Assembly (NCBI GenBank): GCA_030704615.1
Contig: CM060733.1
Location: 64,294,001-64,358,000, forward strand
Origin: Takakia lepidozioides
Taxonomy: Eukaryota > Plantae > Bryophyta
Direction: 5' to 3'
Length of the DNA: 64,000 nucleotides
Both the position numbers and the translations under genes were made by a program. Below, in pieces: positions 38,851 to 51,789 of this stretch. The notes beneath the pieces were generated by a model. The model ran no database searches and was not told where the DNA came from. It was given only the letters and a program-made list of their open reading frames with translations. How positions within the stretch are numbered: position 1 is the stretch's first letter; each line of letters begins with the position of its first letter.

Positions 38851-39570
38851 GCGACAAAAAAAACTGGAGGCCTAAGTATCATAAAAATAGAAACTCAAAA
38901 TTCAAAACGCATTTGAATTTTGAGCATGTTGTACACATGCGCCTAAGCATTGTGCCACAGCCTACATCGCTGTCTAATCACACTTCCTAGCATATCATCC
39001 TAGAAAGCTATGCCACAATAATGAAAGTGGAAATACAATGACACACACCACCAAGTGAAAATCCACTCAATCATATAAACGAAGTCAAGCCAAGGGCACA
39101 TTTGCTAAATGAATCCACCCTACAAGGCCCTCTACACATTCTCTCTCAATACCTAGAGCTATGGAGGTGAGAGAAACTCATGGAGGCTCAACTACATGAA
39201 GATGAGCCTCCTCAATCCTCACAAGGGAAAAACCATCCGCACGTCCTAAGTAAGGCTTGATATCTCACTTGGGATATGAGACCAAATGAAGTCCCAACAC
39301 ACAAAATATTAATATGAACTAAAAGTAGGTAATTCTAGCTAACCATGACTAAAACCTTCACAAACCATTTGTGAAAAATTCTATGTGGCAGACCTATGCA
39401 GGGTGAGAGATCAGACGAGCTTGGAAATTTCAGGAAGGCGGAACAAGTGTTATTTTCGTAGATCCAAGGTCATAGATCTCAACCTCGTCTAAGTACTACT
39501 TAGATCCGATACTTTCCTCGATGTTGCAGAATCCAATCAGTTCCTCGGCACCAGATTTGGACCGTGCTAC

Positions 39571-42178
39571 TTGTGGAACCCCCGCGGACACCTACAGAAG
39601 TATATATAGGGAGTAGTAACCCCGAGAACGGTGCAAGCCCATTGGTGACCAAACAATTGAACATGACTCGGGCGACCACGAAGCTGTCCGAAGATTCCAT
39701 CAGCCGCTTGGTGGAGGCGGTGGTCGCCAAGACTTGCAAGGTATGCAACTACTATTGTGAGTTGTATCAGGAGACTGGAGCCTTGCGTAAAGAGAGTCAG
39801 TTAATGTTCGTTAGCGGGATAATTTTCAGAATTAACGTGTCATTGTTGGTGGACACATGAGCGTCGTATTTGTTCATGACGCCGGCAACGGCATGGAAGC
39901 TGGGGCTCCCGACAAGTGATGTGGGGGCCTCTAAAGGAGAACCACAACTGGCGACGAGGTTGACGTTCGATGTTCCTCTTCAGCTGGGAAGTTGGGAAGG
40001 ACGTGAGAACTTCACCATTTGCGAGATCGATTGAGTGGATCTCATTTTGGGGATGACATTTTTGAGCAAATCCGGAGCGGTCATAGATGGCCGCAAGAGA
40101 ATAGTCACGCTACCATGTGGGAATGGTGACGAAGTTTTACGGGTGTCGGAAACGCCCAACTGAGTGGGAGGGCGAATAAACCTGCTAACAGCAAAGGTGT
40201 GGGCTGTGGAGGAGCCACACGAGCCCCAGTTTTTGTTTTACATGAGACAAGTGGAAGGAGAAGTCGATAGGGAGCCGAGCCCAGATTGGATCAAGGGGAT
40301 CCTGGAGAAATACTAGGATGTGATGCCGGAGGATTTACCAAGTGGCTTGCTACCGCGAAGAGGAGTTGACCACAAGATAGAGGTGATACCGGGATCGGAG
40401 CCGCCTGCCAAGGCACCCTACCGATTGAGCCACAGAGAGTTGGTCGAGCTGAAGGCCCAGTTCAAGGATCTAATGGCAAGGGGTACATCCGGCCGAGTAA
40501 GTCACCTTACGGAGCCCCGGTACTATTCGCAGATAAGAAAGATGGGACGCTGCGGATGTGTGTCGATTACATGGCTCTGAATAAGATGACTATCGGATGA
40601 TTGCAGCCTACAGTGTCCATTTTTTACTGTCACATACTGTTTTTTTTTTAGACATAGAATAGTGGTAAATTATCATACAATGCCATCAATAAAAAAAAGA
40701 CTAATATATAGAGGCTCATCTATATATACTTTCACACTTTTAAATCTCATTATCAAAAACCAGAATCTCTAGATGCTATGGACATTTAGAAAGTCTATAA
40801 GGAATTGTCACAGTCCATAAAAAAAAATGTTATGGACTTTTTTAATATATGAGTTAGAATAAAGTCAAGAAAATGGACTCTCTCAACCTTGCTTTGGAGA
40901 ATGAGGAATCTGGAATGAAAACTATCATTCAAAAATATGAAGTTAAAAAAAATTATGTACTATATTGAGCCTAAAAAATAGTTATTTTCATAAAGTCTTT
41001 TATGACTAAATTCTTTTGAAATAACAAAACTTTTTTCATTAGACGCATTCATTCACCATAAGTGCAGAGTTGATTATAATCAAATTTCAAAAAAACATTT
41101 GTGAATTGATATTATCGCAGTTTGAAAATCTTGATTTTAATAGTCAATAATGGACGGTCAAGATTGTCAGTTGAAGCAAATTCGATGGTTGAGGATTCGC
41201 CACATCCTCCTTTATGTACTCTTTATGTACTCATGATCTGCCGTTTTTGGTCCACTCTAGTTTGCAATCACCCTATAAAAAACCGGTACCTTTTGTCAAT
41301 GATCGACGACCTCTTCGATCGGTTGGCAGGAGCAAAGTATTTCAGCCGGATTGATTTAGGCAAAAACTTAGCCACAAAAGATGTTCCATACCCATACCTT
41401 GGACTTACACAGAAGGCCTGACAGCGGCCCCGCGATCTTGGCGAAATTTCTCACGTACTTTTGGTAATAGGAGACGAGTTCCAGAAAGAATCGCACTCCC
41501 GGGACCGAAGTCGGAGGTTCCCAGTCCAAGATCGCCTTCACATTTCTGTCATCCATTTTGATCCCATCCTGCGGAATCACATGCCCTAGGAACTCCACTT
41601 TCATGACCCCGAATTCGCACTTTGAAGCTTTGACATACAGCTTCCCTTCCCGCAATTTCTGGAACACCCTTTTGAGGTGCTTCAAGTGCTCTTCCTTCGT
41701 TTTCGAGTACACCACGATGTCGTCGATGTACGCGATCACAAAGTCATCCAACCACTCCTGAAAGAGGCAGTTCATCAAGGTGCTGAAGGTTGCTGGCGCG
41801 TTGGTGAGCCCAAAAGGCATCACCAAAAATTCGTATGAGTCATACCTTGTCCTGCATGCTGTCTTTTCCACATCTCCTTCCGCTATCCAGATTTAGTGGT
41901 AATCCGGAGAGTTGAAGCAGCGGATGGCGGAAGCTCCAGTCTTGAAAATCCCGGAGTTCGACCGTCCATTTGAGATTCATAAAGATGCGTCAGACTTCGC
42001 AATCGGGGGTGTGCTCATGCAGGATGGACGTCCAGTGGCTTACGGAAGTAAGAAACTGAATGAAGTGGAGCGACGGTGGCCTACGCACGAGAAAGAAATG
42101 AAGGTGGTGGTGCATTGCCTTGAGCTTTGGCGCCACTATGTTGGTTCCAACCCGGTGAAGGTGTTCACGGACAATGTT
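39571..42178 (+). mobile_element. Rearranged, decayed copy of the element B family
   Basis: LTR piece fused to the protease region (gag deleted), RT with a DNA-element insertion, an internal inversion at about 41358-41908, and RNase H to 42178. Confidence 0.93.
40595..41273. mobile_element. AT-rich TIR element inserted in RT (4-bp TATC/TATA target duplication; Sola- or Tc1-like)
   Basis: Imperfect TIRs GGATGATTGCAGCCTACAGTGTCCA / TGGTCCACTCTAGTTTGCAATCACCC; the empty site GACTATCAAAAACCGG is visible in element B at about 3267. Confidence 0.8.
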
Positions 42179-44857
42179 TATTTTTCCCCCCCCCAATAAT
42201 TCCAAACAAGCGGCTCGTCGCGTAATGGCTCATCTTAGTTGATGACATCTGTTAATATTAAATAATATAACTAGATAATTTAAAAAACAATATATATGTA
42301 TGAGTTTATGGTCTGTCCAATATAAAGACGAGACTACCCATCCATGTCAAAAATATGTCAACTCCCTGTTACACCTTTCCCAGATAACACCTGCCCTAAA
42401 TGAACCTCTCCTCATATTACACCGGGTCGTGCACTCCTCCGTAAAACATTTATGAAATTGCATATTCTGTTTTTTTTTTTTCTTAAACCAAAGGGGATGG
42501 AAGCCTGTTAATCAAATTAAAAATACGAGGAAAAAGGCGAGAATACAATCTGGCGAACCTCCCAGGACGATCCGTGTTAAGTTATTATTGGAAGACAATA
42601 GAATACCTAATGTCTATACGGCAGATCTTTGACTTGCCACTTGCGCATTTTTTTTGTTTTTGTTTTTTGTTTTTTGCGCACTTCCAAAGTGAGGACCTGA
42701 AAATTGCTTGCCATTTGTAACTTACTGTGTGTGTAGCGAGCTCTTGCATTTCCCAATTGCTTGGGCTTGGGTTTGTCCTTCTTTTCATCTCTGGAAGATG
42801 AAAGGATTTGCCAGGTACCATGCTGGAACTGAAATTGTTTCTCAAAACCAATGGCACTGCTCCAAGAGTATAGTTGCTTATCCACATGGATATTAGAGTA
42901 CCAATATTTGTGCAGAGGTCAATGGGAGTTATGAGTAACCGTTCGAGTGCTTTTTCAGGAGATGATGCTCGGTGGCGGTGGCAAGGGGTTCCACTTTCTC
43001 TCCAAACTGGTGTGAAGATGGAGGGTTGGCTGCCTCATCAGACTCCAGACGAAAACTCGCAATGTCTCTCTGATTCTTATGCCAGGAGCTCCCGAGCTTT
43101 TCCATATGCACGCATGAAAGTACTGAGCCCGGTCTTTGGGAAGTTTGGTGAGAAACAACCTTCCCAATGCTCTCTTTCTTGATTGATGTCCTGACGGTTA
43201 ATTGTTAGATTCTCTCCATTCCTCGCTTCCTGTCCTCTTGCATACCTTTGTTAAATAGCCTAGACTTCAGTATTTTGAAGTCATAATCTCCTGTTCAACA
43301 AGATGGCTCACCAAGATGTGATCTCACGGAATGCTATGCGCTTAATGTGAAGCGGACGGTAAAGGGTTACATTGCAGCAGGCTTTGCAGAGATACATGCT
43401 TCAGTTGGGAAGGACACAACAATCAATGCAATTTAGGTGTTCTATTCATTGAGGATGCAATGAGGTTTTGTTCCTTCGGGCAGTAGGTGGGATTGAAGCC
43501 GTTCGTATAGAAAGTCAATACCCATGTGCCAACCCTCTGTCTCCTCTATATTGTGGACGTGAACGTCAGACAGACATCTGATTCACATCGTTAATTCGCA
43601 TATGATGTCGAAGAATGATCTATTGCTGTAATTGGTCATTCTTCCTCTGTGCCACAGGTCTTCTGGGTACTTTGGAGTGGGCCTGATGACTAGTCCCTAC
43701 AGCAATTTCTGGTTGAATGATGTGATTATCACCACAAGATCTTTAACCAGGCCACTTTCCTGGTTCATCATATTGTTGTGAACTGTGGCTAACCACCACT
43801 CAGGGTTAAGCTAATCCAAGTTCCTGTCAAGATTTTGTTGCCAAAGGAAGTCCAGGACACAGTGAGCCCATGTGTTCTGATCAATTAGCCTCAGGTATAT
43901 TCTAGTGGCAGATCACATTCTTCGTGCCCTCAAGGCTTGAGAGATAGCTTCAAAGTTTTTTCTGGCAAGTGGAAGTTTACTAGGACAGGGATATGACTAG
44001 GTATAGCTCACTTCTGAAAGGGGCTAGCTCCCGCAAGGGGAAGAGCCTCTCCATTACGCTGGCTTCGGTCAGCATCATCTCCTTCTCTTAGCTAAGTACA
44101 AGATGCATTTATTGGCAGGCAATAACTCTTTGTCCAGATGTGCCGGTGTTCTGGACCAATCGCGCACTTTGTCATCGTAAGTGCAAGTCAGCTCCTGTAC
44201 CCTTGTTCTTTCTGTCCTCTCTCCTCCATGACTCTTTGTCCATGGATGGTTGGTCTTCAGTGCAGGCAGTTGGTGTTACATTCTAGGTTCCTTCAATAAG
44301 TTAGGGTTTGAAAAGTGAAGTGAATAATTTGCTACAGTAACCAGTTCCAATCAAGTTGGAGCCCAGCTATGGTGTCTTGAATATTTTTTTACCAGATAGC
44401 CTTGGTTAAATTTAGAGTACAAAAAATTGAGCTGTTAGTACTATCAAGAAGCATGTGTGAAAGCATGTGGGAAAGGACCAACCAATTTGTAGAGTCGTGG
44501 CTTGACCTTGAGATTCTTGACTAGATTTTATTAGAGCCTGCAAGAACCAGGTTTCCATGTACGAAGTACCTTGAGAAAGGGTTTACTAGGTCAGCACCTG
44601 GACAAACATCAACGTATGGCCTGTTTGCCTTTGGCTTCATCGTTGAAAGTGGACTCTCATTTCTAATATGATCATTTAGGCATCGAGTGTTGAATGTATT
44701 AGATCATCTAATGCTGGCAAATAGTTACTTCAGCTTTTATTCAAAGGTTCTAAGCTCCTTAAGTACTATGCGGCTTAAATTCATAGTTTTACTGGTACCA
44801 CATTAGTGGGAGCAAGGTGGATTCAAGAGGAAATAACAGGGTTCTTGGTTTGTGCAG

Positions 44858-44921
44858 TGATTGGGAGCGTGTTGAGGCTGATTGTAGGAGAGCCTTAGAG
44901 CTGGACAACAATTCTGTGAAG
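44858..44921 (+). pseudogene. Orphan exon of CHIP/STUB1-type TPR U-box E3 ligase
   Basis: AG|..DWERVEADCRRALELDNNSVK|GT resembles plant CHIP TPR2 (DW..VE.DCR.A..L..NSVK); no neighbouring CHIP exons recognised. Confidence 0.7.
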
Positions 44922-46621
44922 GTTAGGTGGTTTTCCTTATGGAATTCCCAAATATCTCCTCCTCTCATGAAGATGAGGTGTAGCCAATTAGCATGAAATT
45001 CTTCAGTCAAGACAAGGGAAAGCCGCTGAGTCTACTTATGTTGATAACCAAGAGGGGTGGTGATATAGAAGTGAAGTGGCTTTCTCATAAGATAATGTGA
45101 GTAACCAAGAGGGTGAGATGGTGATATACACTCCCCACTCAGACTAGCTGGGGTCTGGCAGGTACAAGGAGGCAGGGCATGGTGTGATGATTTGAAGGGG
45201 ACATATCTATGGTGGGCTGTGCAGCCCTGCGCCCATTGCTGGAGCTTCTCCCTGTGCCTGCTTTGACTCTAAAACGGCAGTTCTCCATTGGTGCTGCTAA
45301 ACTCACTGTTCATGCCAACTTGGAGGTCAGTTGTCACTTAAATTTTTCCTATTTTTCTAGAAGTATGTCTTGGTTTCCTTTTGGAACTTGCCTGTGCATC
45401 AGACAATGACCACTTATCATGTACCCTATATGAACTTATATGCTTTTGGATCCCTTGTCCTTTCTTTGTGATCAAGTGCTTTATTACTCTTCCCCTATCA
45501 AGACAGAACAAGGGGAAAAAGAAAATAAGAGGAAATACCTGTGCAGGCAATTCCTTATCCTTCACAAATTTTTCTGCTGTTCTATCTGCTCTCTCTATTT
45601 CATAGAATATAACACTGCCTTAAAGAAAGCCAGATGGGAATGGCGGATCAAAGATGCAGATGGGGAACTCGATCACGTTGGACTATGCAACTTCGATGGC
45701 ATCCCTCAGATGTGGTGTGTTCTTAAAACTGCTATAGATCTGGCGGAAATGGCGACTTCTATGCATAGCCTTGCTTGTTGAAGTCTCTTTTGTTCTATTG
45801 GAGAGAAACTGAAGCAAGATGCTGACCCCTAGCAGAGTTGAAGGTGAACTGCAGATATCTGTGGCACAAGACACCATAAAAAATGGTGGGAACATGCCTG
45901 TAGCTGAACAGGATGCACTAGCTGACTTTCTACCATCTCCACCACGGACCCCATGCTTAGACGAGTTGCAGGTATGAGCATTGCATGCAGGCATCTTTCT
46001 TTCTACCTCTGATTGATTCAGCTGTGTCATCATTCGTTAACTGTGTCAGCTGTGTCTTCATGATTTCGTGTCATCATTCCTGCAGAATTACAGCCGGTCA
46101 TGGTGCTCAGTAGTTACTAATCGACACTTAAAGGGCAGGATGGCTCCTGAAGTCTGAATACAGCGACATATAGATCTGCCGGTTTCTTTGCCAAAATGTT
46201 ACAGCACCACAGAGTTTCTCTAGGGCAGGGACGGCAAGTACCTAGACCAGGCATAAGAGTAAGAGGTATTTAATATGGGGTCTGCCAGAGGGTGTACAGA
46301 ACAAGTGCAACCTGATGAACATGAGTTATGGGGAGATGTTCATCTGACTATGGGCGTTTCGTTCAGCTGGCAGAGGAAGTAAGTTGGACGATTAATGTAC
46401 TTGGTCCAAAAGATCTTCCACATAAGCAAGAAACAAAGTGAGTTATATCAGTAGACTAGATTGCTGTCGCCGTCCACCATAGATCCTGCCTAGTTGGGTA
46501 AAGCAGATAGTGATGAAACTCTTACCCTTGTGGTTTTAACATTAATGGTGCTGCTTTTGCATCAATTTGCTGGAACGTTTGTGATAAAAACAGTGCTTAT
46601 TCATGTTTGGCATGTATCCAG

Positions 46622-46774
46622 GTGGTAAACAAAAAAGGGGTGATGTTTGTCAGCAGTGTTGAAAATAATGGACCATCATTGACCACTGTGGGTGCACCAA
46701 GGGGCACAGCCTCCAGCATCTTGGGCATAGGGGCCTATGTGTCCCCTGCAATTGCAGCAGCCGCTAAATCAATG
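46622..46774 (+). pseudogene. TPP2: Orphan exon of tripeptidyl-peptidase II
   Basis: VVNKKGVMFVSSVENNGPSLTTVGAPRGTASSILGIGAYVSPA; the conserved SAGN motif has decayed to SVEN. Confidence 0.85.
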
Positions 46775-47761
46775 GTAGTTTTAGTTTTTCAAATCTCAGA
46801 TCCATTCAAGTCCCTTTAGTTCCATCAATTTATATACAAATGAAAAATTAAGTTTTTTAAAAAAGACAAAAAGGACATGGTCATCCTTAGGGTGTTAAAT
46901 GTTTACATGTAAAGTCTTACATGTAGAAATCAACATTTTTTTCGTTGGTGCCACCAAGAGTCAGGAATTCATGGCTCCAGGATTTCCTCAGAAGCCCGTA
47001 CTTGAGCAATTCACAGGTTGCACAGAACTGTCGATTTGCTAGGTCTAGCAGCCATAGGAAGGAGATAAAGAAAAGGAAACAAATGTATGACATCTTTAGG
47101 ACAAGAATCCAAAACAAATGAACAGAGCACAAACAAACACAGTGCACTAAAGAGAAGGAGAAATTGTTTTGTGAGTGTACTTTCCTTGTGACTCAACAAC
47201 AGTCAGGAGGGTGGAGAATATGGAAGCAACTCGATATCTGGAGGGTAAAAATGGCAGTACATTGATCCATTTTGACCCTAGTTTACAGTTTTCTTACCTG
47301 CTGCCTGCCAAGCTCAGTCCCCCTTACATAAGCAGCACTACCTGCTACTGGAACTTTTCTGTACAATTCCCGATTCCTGAAACGCAAATATCCTAGAAAT
47401 ATTGGAGCGAGATAGATTCCACCTTTCAAAAACTCTTGTTGTTTGCCTGAAAAGCTAGAGAGCGGAAAAACTCCCTTCCGTGCCTGGCACAAAGTCCCTA
47501 ATACACAAAGCACACATTCACGCTAGGTAGATCTATAAGAAAGGGTGGACAGACCCATGAAGATCAAGCCACCAACCAACTGTATGGTCTTGTCTGTGGT
47601 CAGGTAAAGCTTCAATGTTGAATACCAGGACCAGGAAAGGTAAACTAACCTAATGTGTTTTACAGCTCCTGTCAAACTAGATGAGCCCAATGTACACTAG
47701 GACACAATTCAGTTAGCACCAGCAGAACACAGTTGCATGGGGATTGAGGATTGCCTTTGAC

Positions 47762-48322
47762 TCACAAAAGAGCCACTTCCCTGTTGAAAATTCAGCTAAA
47801 ACTTCAAGTCTTCGGACCCGTCTTCACCTTAGACTGTGCCCGCTCCTCAAGCTTCCGGATGCGAGGTGGCAACGAACAAACATAATCTTGTGCTCTCTGA
47901 CCCCCGCTGGAGAGCCCTTGGATACATGCGACATTCCACCTGTTTACCAGGTGCTCCATGATGTCAGCGTAGTCCTGAGCAGTATACACCCCAGTCGTCT
48001 GGGCCACCAGAGAAAAATCATCAAAAAGGTGCTCATTCTGTCCATCATACATCAGGTGTGCTGGCATAACAATCTTCTTCCTCATCATATCAGCAAACGC
48101 CAGCATGGCCCCGTCGGGGTCCAGCTCAAAAAGCTTCTCCACAATCTTGGTGTATGCATTCTCGTGACATCTCTCGGCAATGAGTCCACAGATAGTGGCC
48201 AGTTTGGAGTCACCATGGAACTTAGCATGTCGCGCAGTATTACCGTGGGGGATAAAGGTTGCTCGCTCCTGGAAGGCTGTGTAAACGAAACCTAGGTAGG
48301 GATTGTTTTCAGTTTGCGGGTC
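47762..48322 (-). pseudogene. Stearoyl-ACP desaturase last exon, orphan, with premature stops
   Basis: [44 protein letters not shown]; the DEKRH motif is damaged; TGA at 47804 and about 47792; upstream exons are absent. Confidence 0.9.
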
Positions 48323-48699
48323 CTGCAATCAGATACATACATTGCAAAATGGAAATTATACAACATGCAAATTCGAGCATCTTTCAAAATTTGCAGAAGG
48401 TGAAAAGACAACATTCCGCAGTAAGTGTGGCTCCTGAACTCTACAGGGGTTATTGTTTTGAACAAAATCTGTCTTGATAGAAAATACTGATGCAGATATG
48501 GATATTTCTGTTCAAAATTGAACGTAGTTTGCTCTATGAGCTTTCATGAACATGTTCAAAAGAGACCCACGTGAGGATAGATGTTGCTGCACGTTCAGCC
48601 ATCTCCACATTGCCATGGATTCTGCAGGCACCAAGCAAGGCCCTCCACCCCACAGCATCTGGATTGATGGCATTTTATTAATCAGGGTCCGCCGCCTTA

Positions 48700-49350
48700 T
48701 CCAGTTGTCCTGCACGTCCAAGAAGGTCCACCATGCAGCCAAAGTGCTTTACTGTCAGAGTGACAGCATGACTCATCTTGACTCAGGGAATCAAAGTAGC
48801 GTCTTCCTTCATTCAGGAGGCCAGTGTGGCTGCATGCAGAGAGAACACATATAAAGGTGACACTGTCCGGCTTCAGGCTGTTCTTTTGCATTCCTTCAAA
48901 TAGTTGCAGGACCTCCCTATGACAACCATGGCATATCCTGCAATCATCGCGTTCCACGACACCACATTTCGTTCAGCCATATTGTCAAATACTCCCTTTG
49001 CATCCTCGATGCACCCACATTTCGCATACATGTCCACCAGGGCAGTGTCCAGAAGGACAATTGGTACAAATTCCAGATTTGCTGATGCAACCATGGACCT
49101 CTCTGCCCTTTTTCAGGGCTGCCCTCCCTGCACACGCATTGCAAACGCAAAGGAAAGTGACTGGTCTGGCTTCACCCCTTCCTGGATCATTTGCTCATAG
49201 GTCTCCAAAGCATCCATTTCGCATCCATGCTGGGCATATCCTGTGATCATCGCATTCCATGACACCACATTTCGTTCTGCCATATTGTCGAACAGCCCCT
49301 TTGCATCCTTGAGGCTCCCACATTTGGCATACCCACGAGGGTATTGTTCG
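48700..49350 (-). pseudogene. PLS-class PPR gene fragments
   Basis: [36 protein letters not shown]; VTFICVLSACSHTGLLNEGRRYF; frameshifted. Confidence 0.9.
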
Positions 49351-50608
49351 AAATCACATCTAGTACAATAGTGATATCCCACTTCAGGGTAACCAGCAAG
49401 ATAAAATGCCAAACATGGAGACTGCCAAGCATACAGTGACTGTTTGACCTAGAGGCACAAACTTGGCACAAGCACATACCCAGGCTCTGCCACCAAACCA
49501 TCTATCTGCCAATCTGCCATAAACCTCTGCCAGTAACTCCAGTCAGAGCCGCAGAACCCTCATCAGTACATCTCAAACCATGAGTTCACCTATAAAACAT
49601 CGCTGTCTAGCAGTGGTGTGCCTCTCTTCCTGCTTGAAAGGAGTAGCAACAGCCTGTGGCCAAGGCAGCTCCAATCTATCCCATAAGAGAAAATTGAACA
49701 TTGACAAAGTACTCCTTTTCATCAATGATCAACAGACACAGAATATTCAAGTTTCCCTTGCTCTCAGGGGTATCAGAAATGCCTGCCAAAAAGTACTTCC
49801 TAGGATCAATCCAAGGACAGTCACCACCATCATTCGCCCGAAACTGCACCAAAATGCACATCCATTATCAGTAAAAGAGTGTACCCTTCTCCACTTATGA
49901 AGATAAAAACTCTCAATGCTAAATAACATAATGTTCAAGGATCATGCCTCTAGATTCCAGTAAGTTTTCATGTAACTCAGAACCAGGAGGACAGAGCTCC
50001 GGAGTTCAAGACTAGGACCCTTGTACTTCCCAAGTAAAAACATACAAGTATAAATAAGGTATTGGGCCTTTTGAAACTTGTGTTCTCAGGAGAGAAGGTT
50101 CCCTCCCAATGGCCATGCAGCAGTGCAATAAGTCAGATGCTCCACACTCAAAACAAGTGGAAAAAAGATTCCTGAACATCCAGTTCTACCTAGGCCTTAT
50201 CACGAAGATCTGTGGTGGAAACAGCAGTACCTGTATGAAATATTCCGCCAGTAGGTCCGGAATTGTCACTTGACAACAACAACAAACATGAGGGACCATG
50301 TGGCAGCATATCCTTGTGTCAGTGGCTCTTTTTCAATCTTTCCTTCTCTAAATTTAAAGGAGTGCAGTAGCGCCACTACATCACCAGGGTACAGGTATGC
50401 ACAAAGTACTAAGGACATGGTTGGTAGAGCATGTCCTTATTCCTAGAATAAAATTTGATGATGTTTACATTTGGACAAGGGGCTTGGCTACGCAAGTAAC
50501 CTGAGTCTATGTGATTGAGAATCATGAAAGATTGGACATCACCACAGTATGTGTGTCGGTTAACAACTTTCCATAGGCTGAGAATGCTAACAAAAATTAA
50601 AACCAAGA

Positions 50609-50952
50609 CAGTGATCTCGAAAGAATATTTGGCAAAAAGAAAATGATAGAAAGGACATCCATGTGATGGATAATCCAGCCCTAGAACCAGTTTCAATCTT
50701 GCAAGCTTGGGAATTCATGCATCTTCGGCAGGGGTCTGCTCACATACCTGACCCTTCACTTTCAGATTAATGTGACCTCCCAGTGATCTCGAAAGAATAT
50801 TTGGCAAACAGAAAATGATAGAAAGGACATCCATGTGATGGATAATCCAGCCCTAGAACCAGTTTCAATCTTGCAAGCTTGGGAATTCATGCATCTTCGG
50901 CAGGGGTCCGCTCACATACCTGACCCTTCACTTTCAGATTAATGTGACCTCC
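50609..50952. repeat. Recent tandem duplication, 2 x 172 bp
   Basis: 50609-50780 and 50781-50952 differ at about 2 positions. Confidence 0.95.
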
Positions 50953-51789
50953 CCCCTCCAAAGGCTTCTTCTCCTCCACGTTGTGAATTGCTCATGCATT
51001 GTTGGTGCTATCCTCCACACCGGCCATGATTCCAGCAACCACACCTAGCGCACAAAGGCAGATGCGCACAGAGACACGCAAACACAAACGAAGACGGCGA
51101 GCGAGAAAGAAGCAGCAGCGCGTGAGTGACAAGCTCGGTGATGGCGTGCCTGTCCTGTTCACACTGCATCCACCTTTTTGCCTGGATTGTTCCACCATTG
51201 ACTGGGGTCGGAAACGTATTCATTCCAGAGCTTCTCCTCGTCTCTCTTATCTGTTTTTCGATACTTTCCTGTTGCCACATTGGCAGTAATATGTCAAAAT
51301 CACTCCAAAACTTTTCCAGGGCTCCAAGGCTGGCACATGCATTAAGAATGCAAATGAAAATGCCTTCATCAGCAGTGCCTTGTTCTATCAATTGTGCTGC
51401 TGCAAAGCTGCTGTTTCCAGTTGACCATCTACCCACGCAGATTTTTTGTAGCTATTGATCCACAGGGAATCAGAAGTAATCTTGTGTTTGAAATCCGGCA
51501 TGCTAAGACCAAGCTGAATCTTGTAAACATCATGAAGAATACCACCTGCGATCGGTGTGTGAAACCCTCCGCGGGGGCATCCCTTCCCCGCTGCAAAGAC
51601 AGTTAGTTTTGGGCAATCCGGGCAGATATAAAAACAATTTGATGACGATGACGTGTCTATGATGACCTGGCTATAATGACATGTCTACGAAACGTGGCGA
51701 CGATGACGTAGCACTCCGGCACCCTATTCCTGTTCTACATTAAACTAGCTTCCAACCTTCCGTTGTCGTTAGAATTCATATATATATAT

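Noticed and set aside
39640-39665. LTR-to-pol junction as a spliced subgenomic RNA copy
   Set aside because: The junction does not coincide with the GTGAGT donor or an AG acceptor; it looks like a simple deletion.
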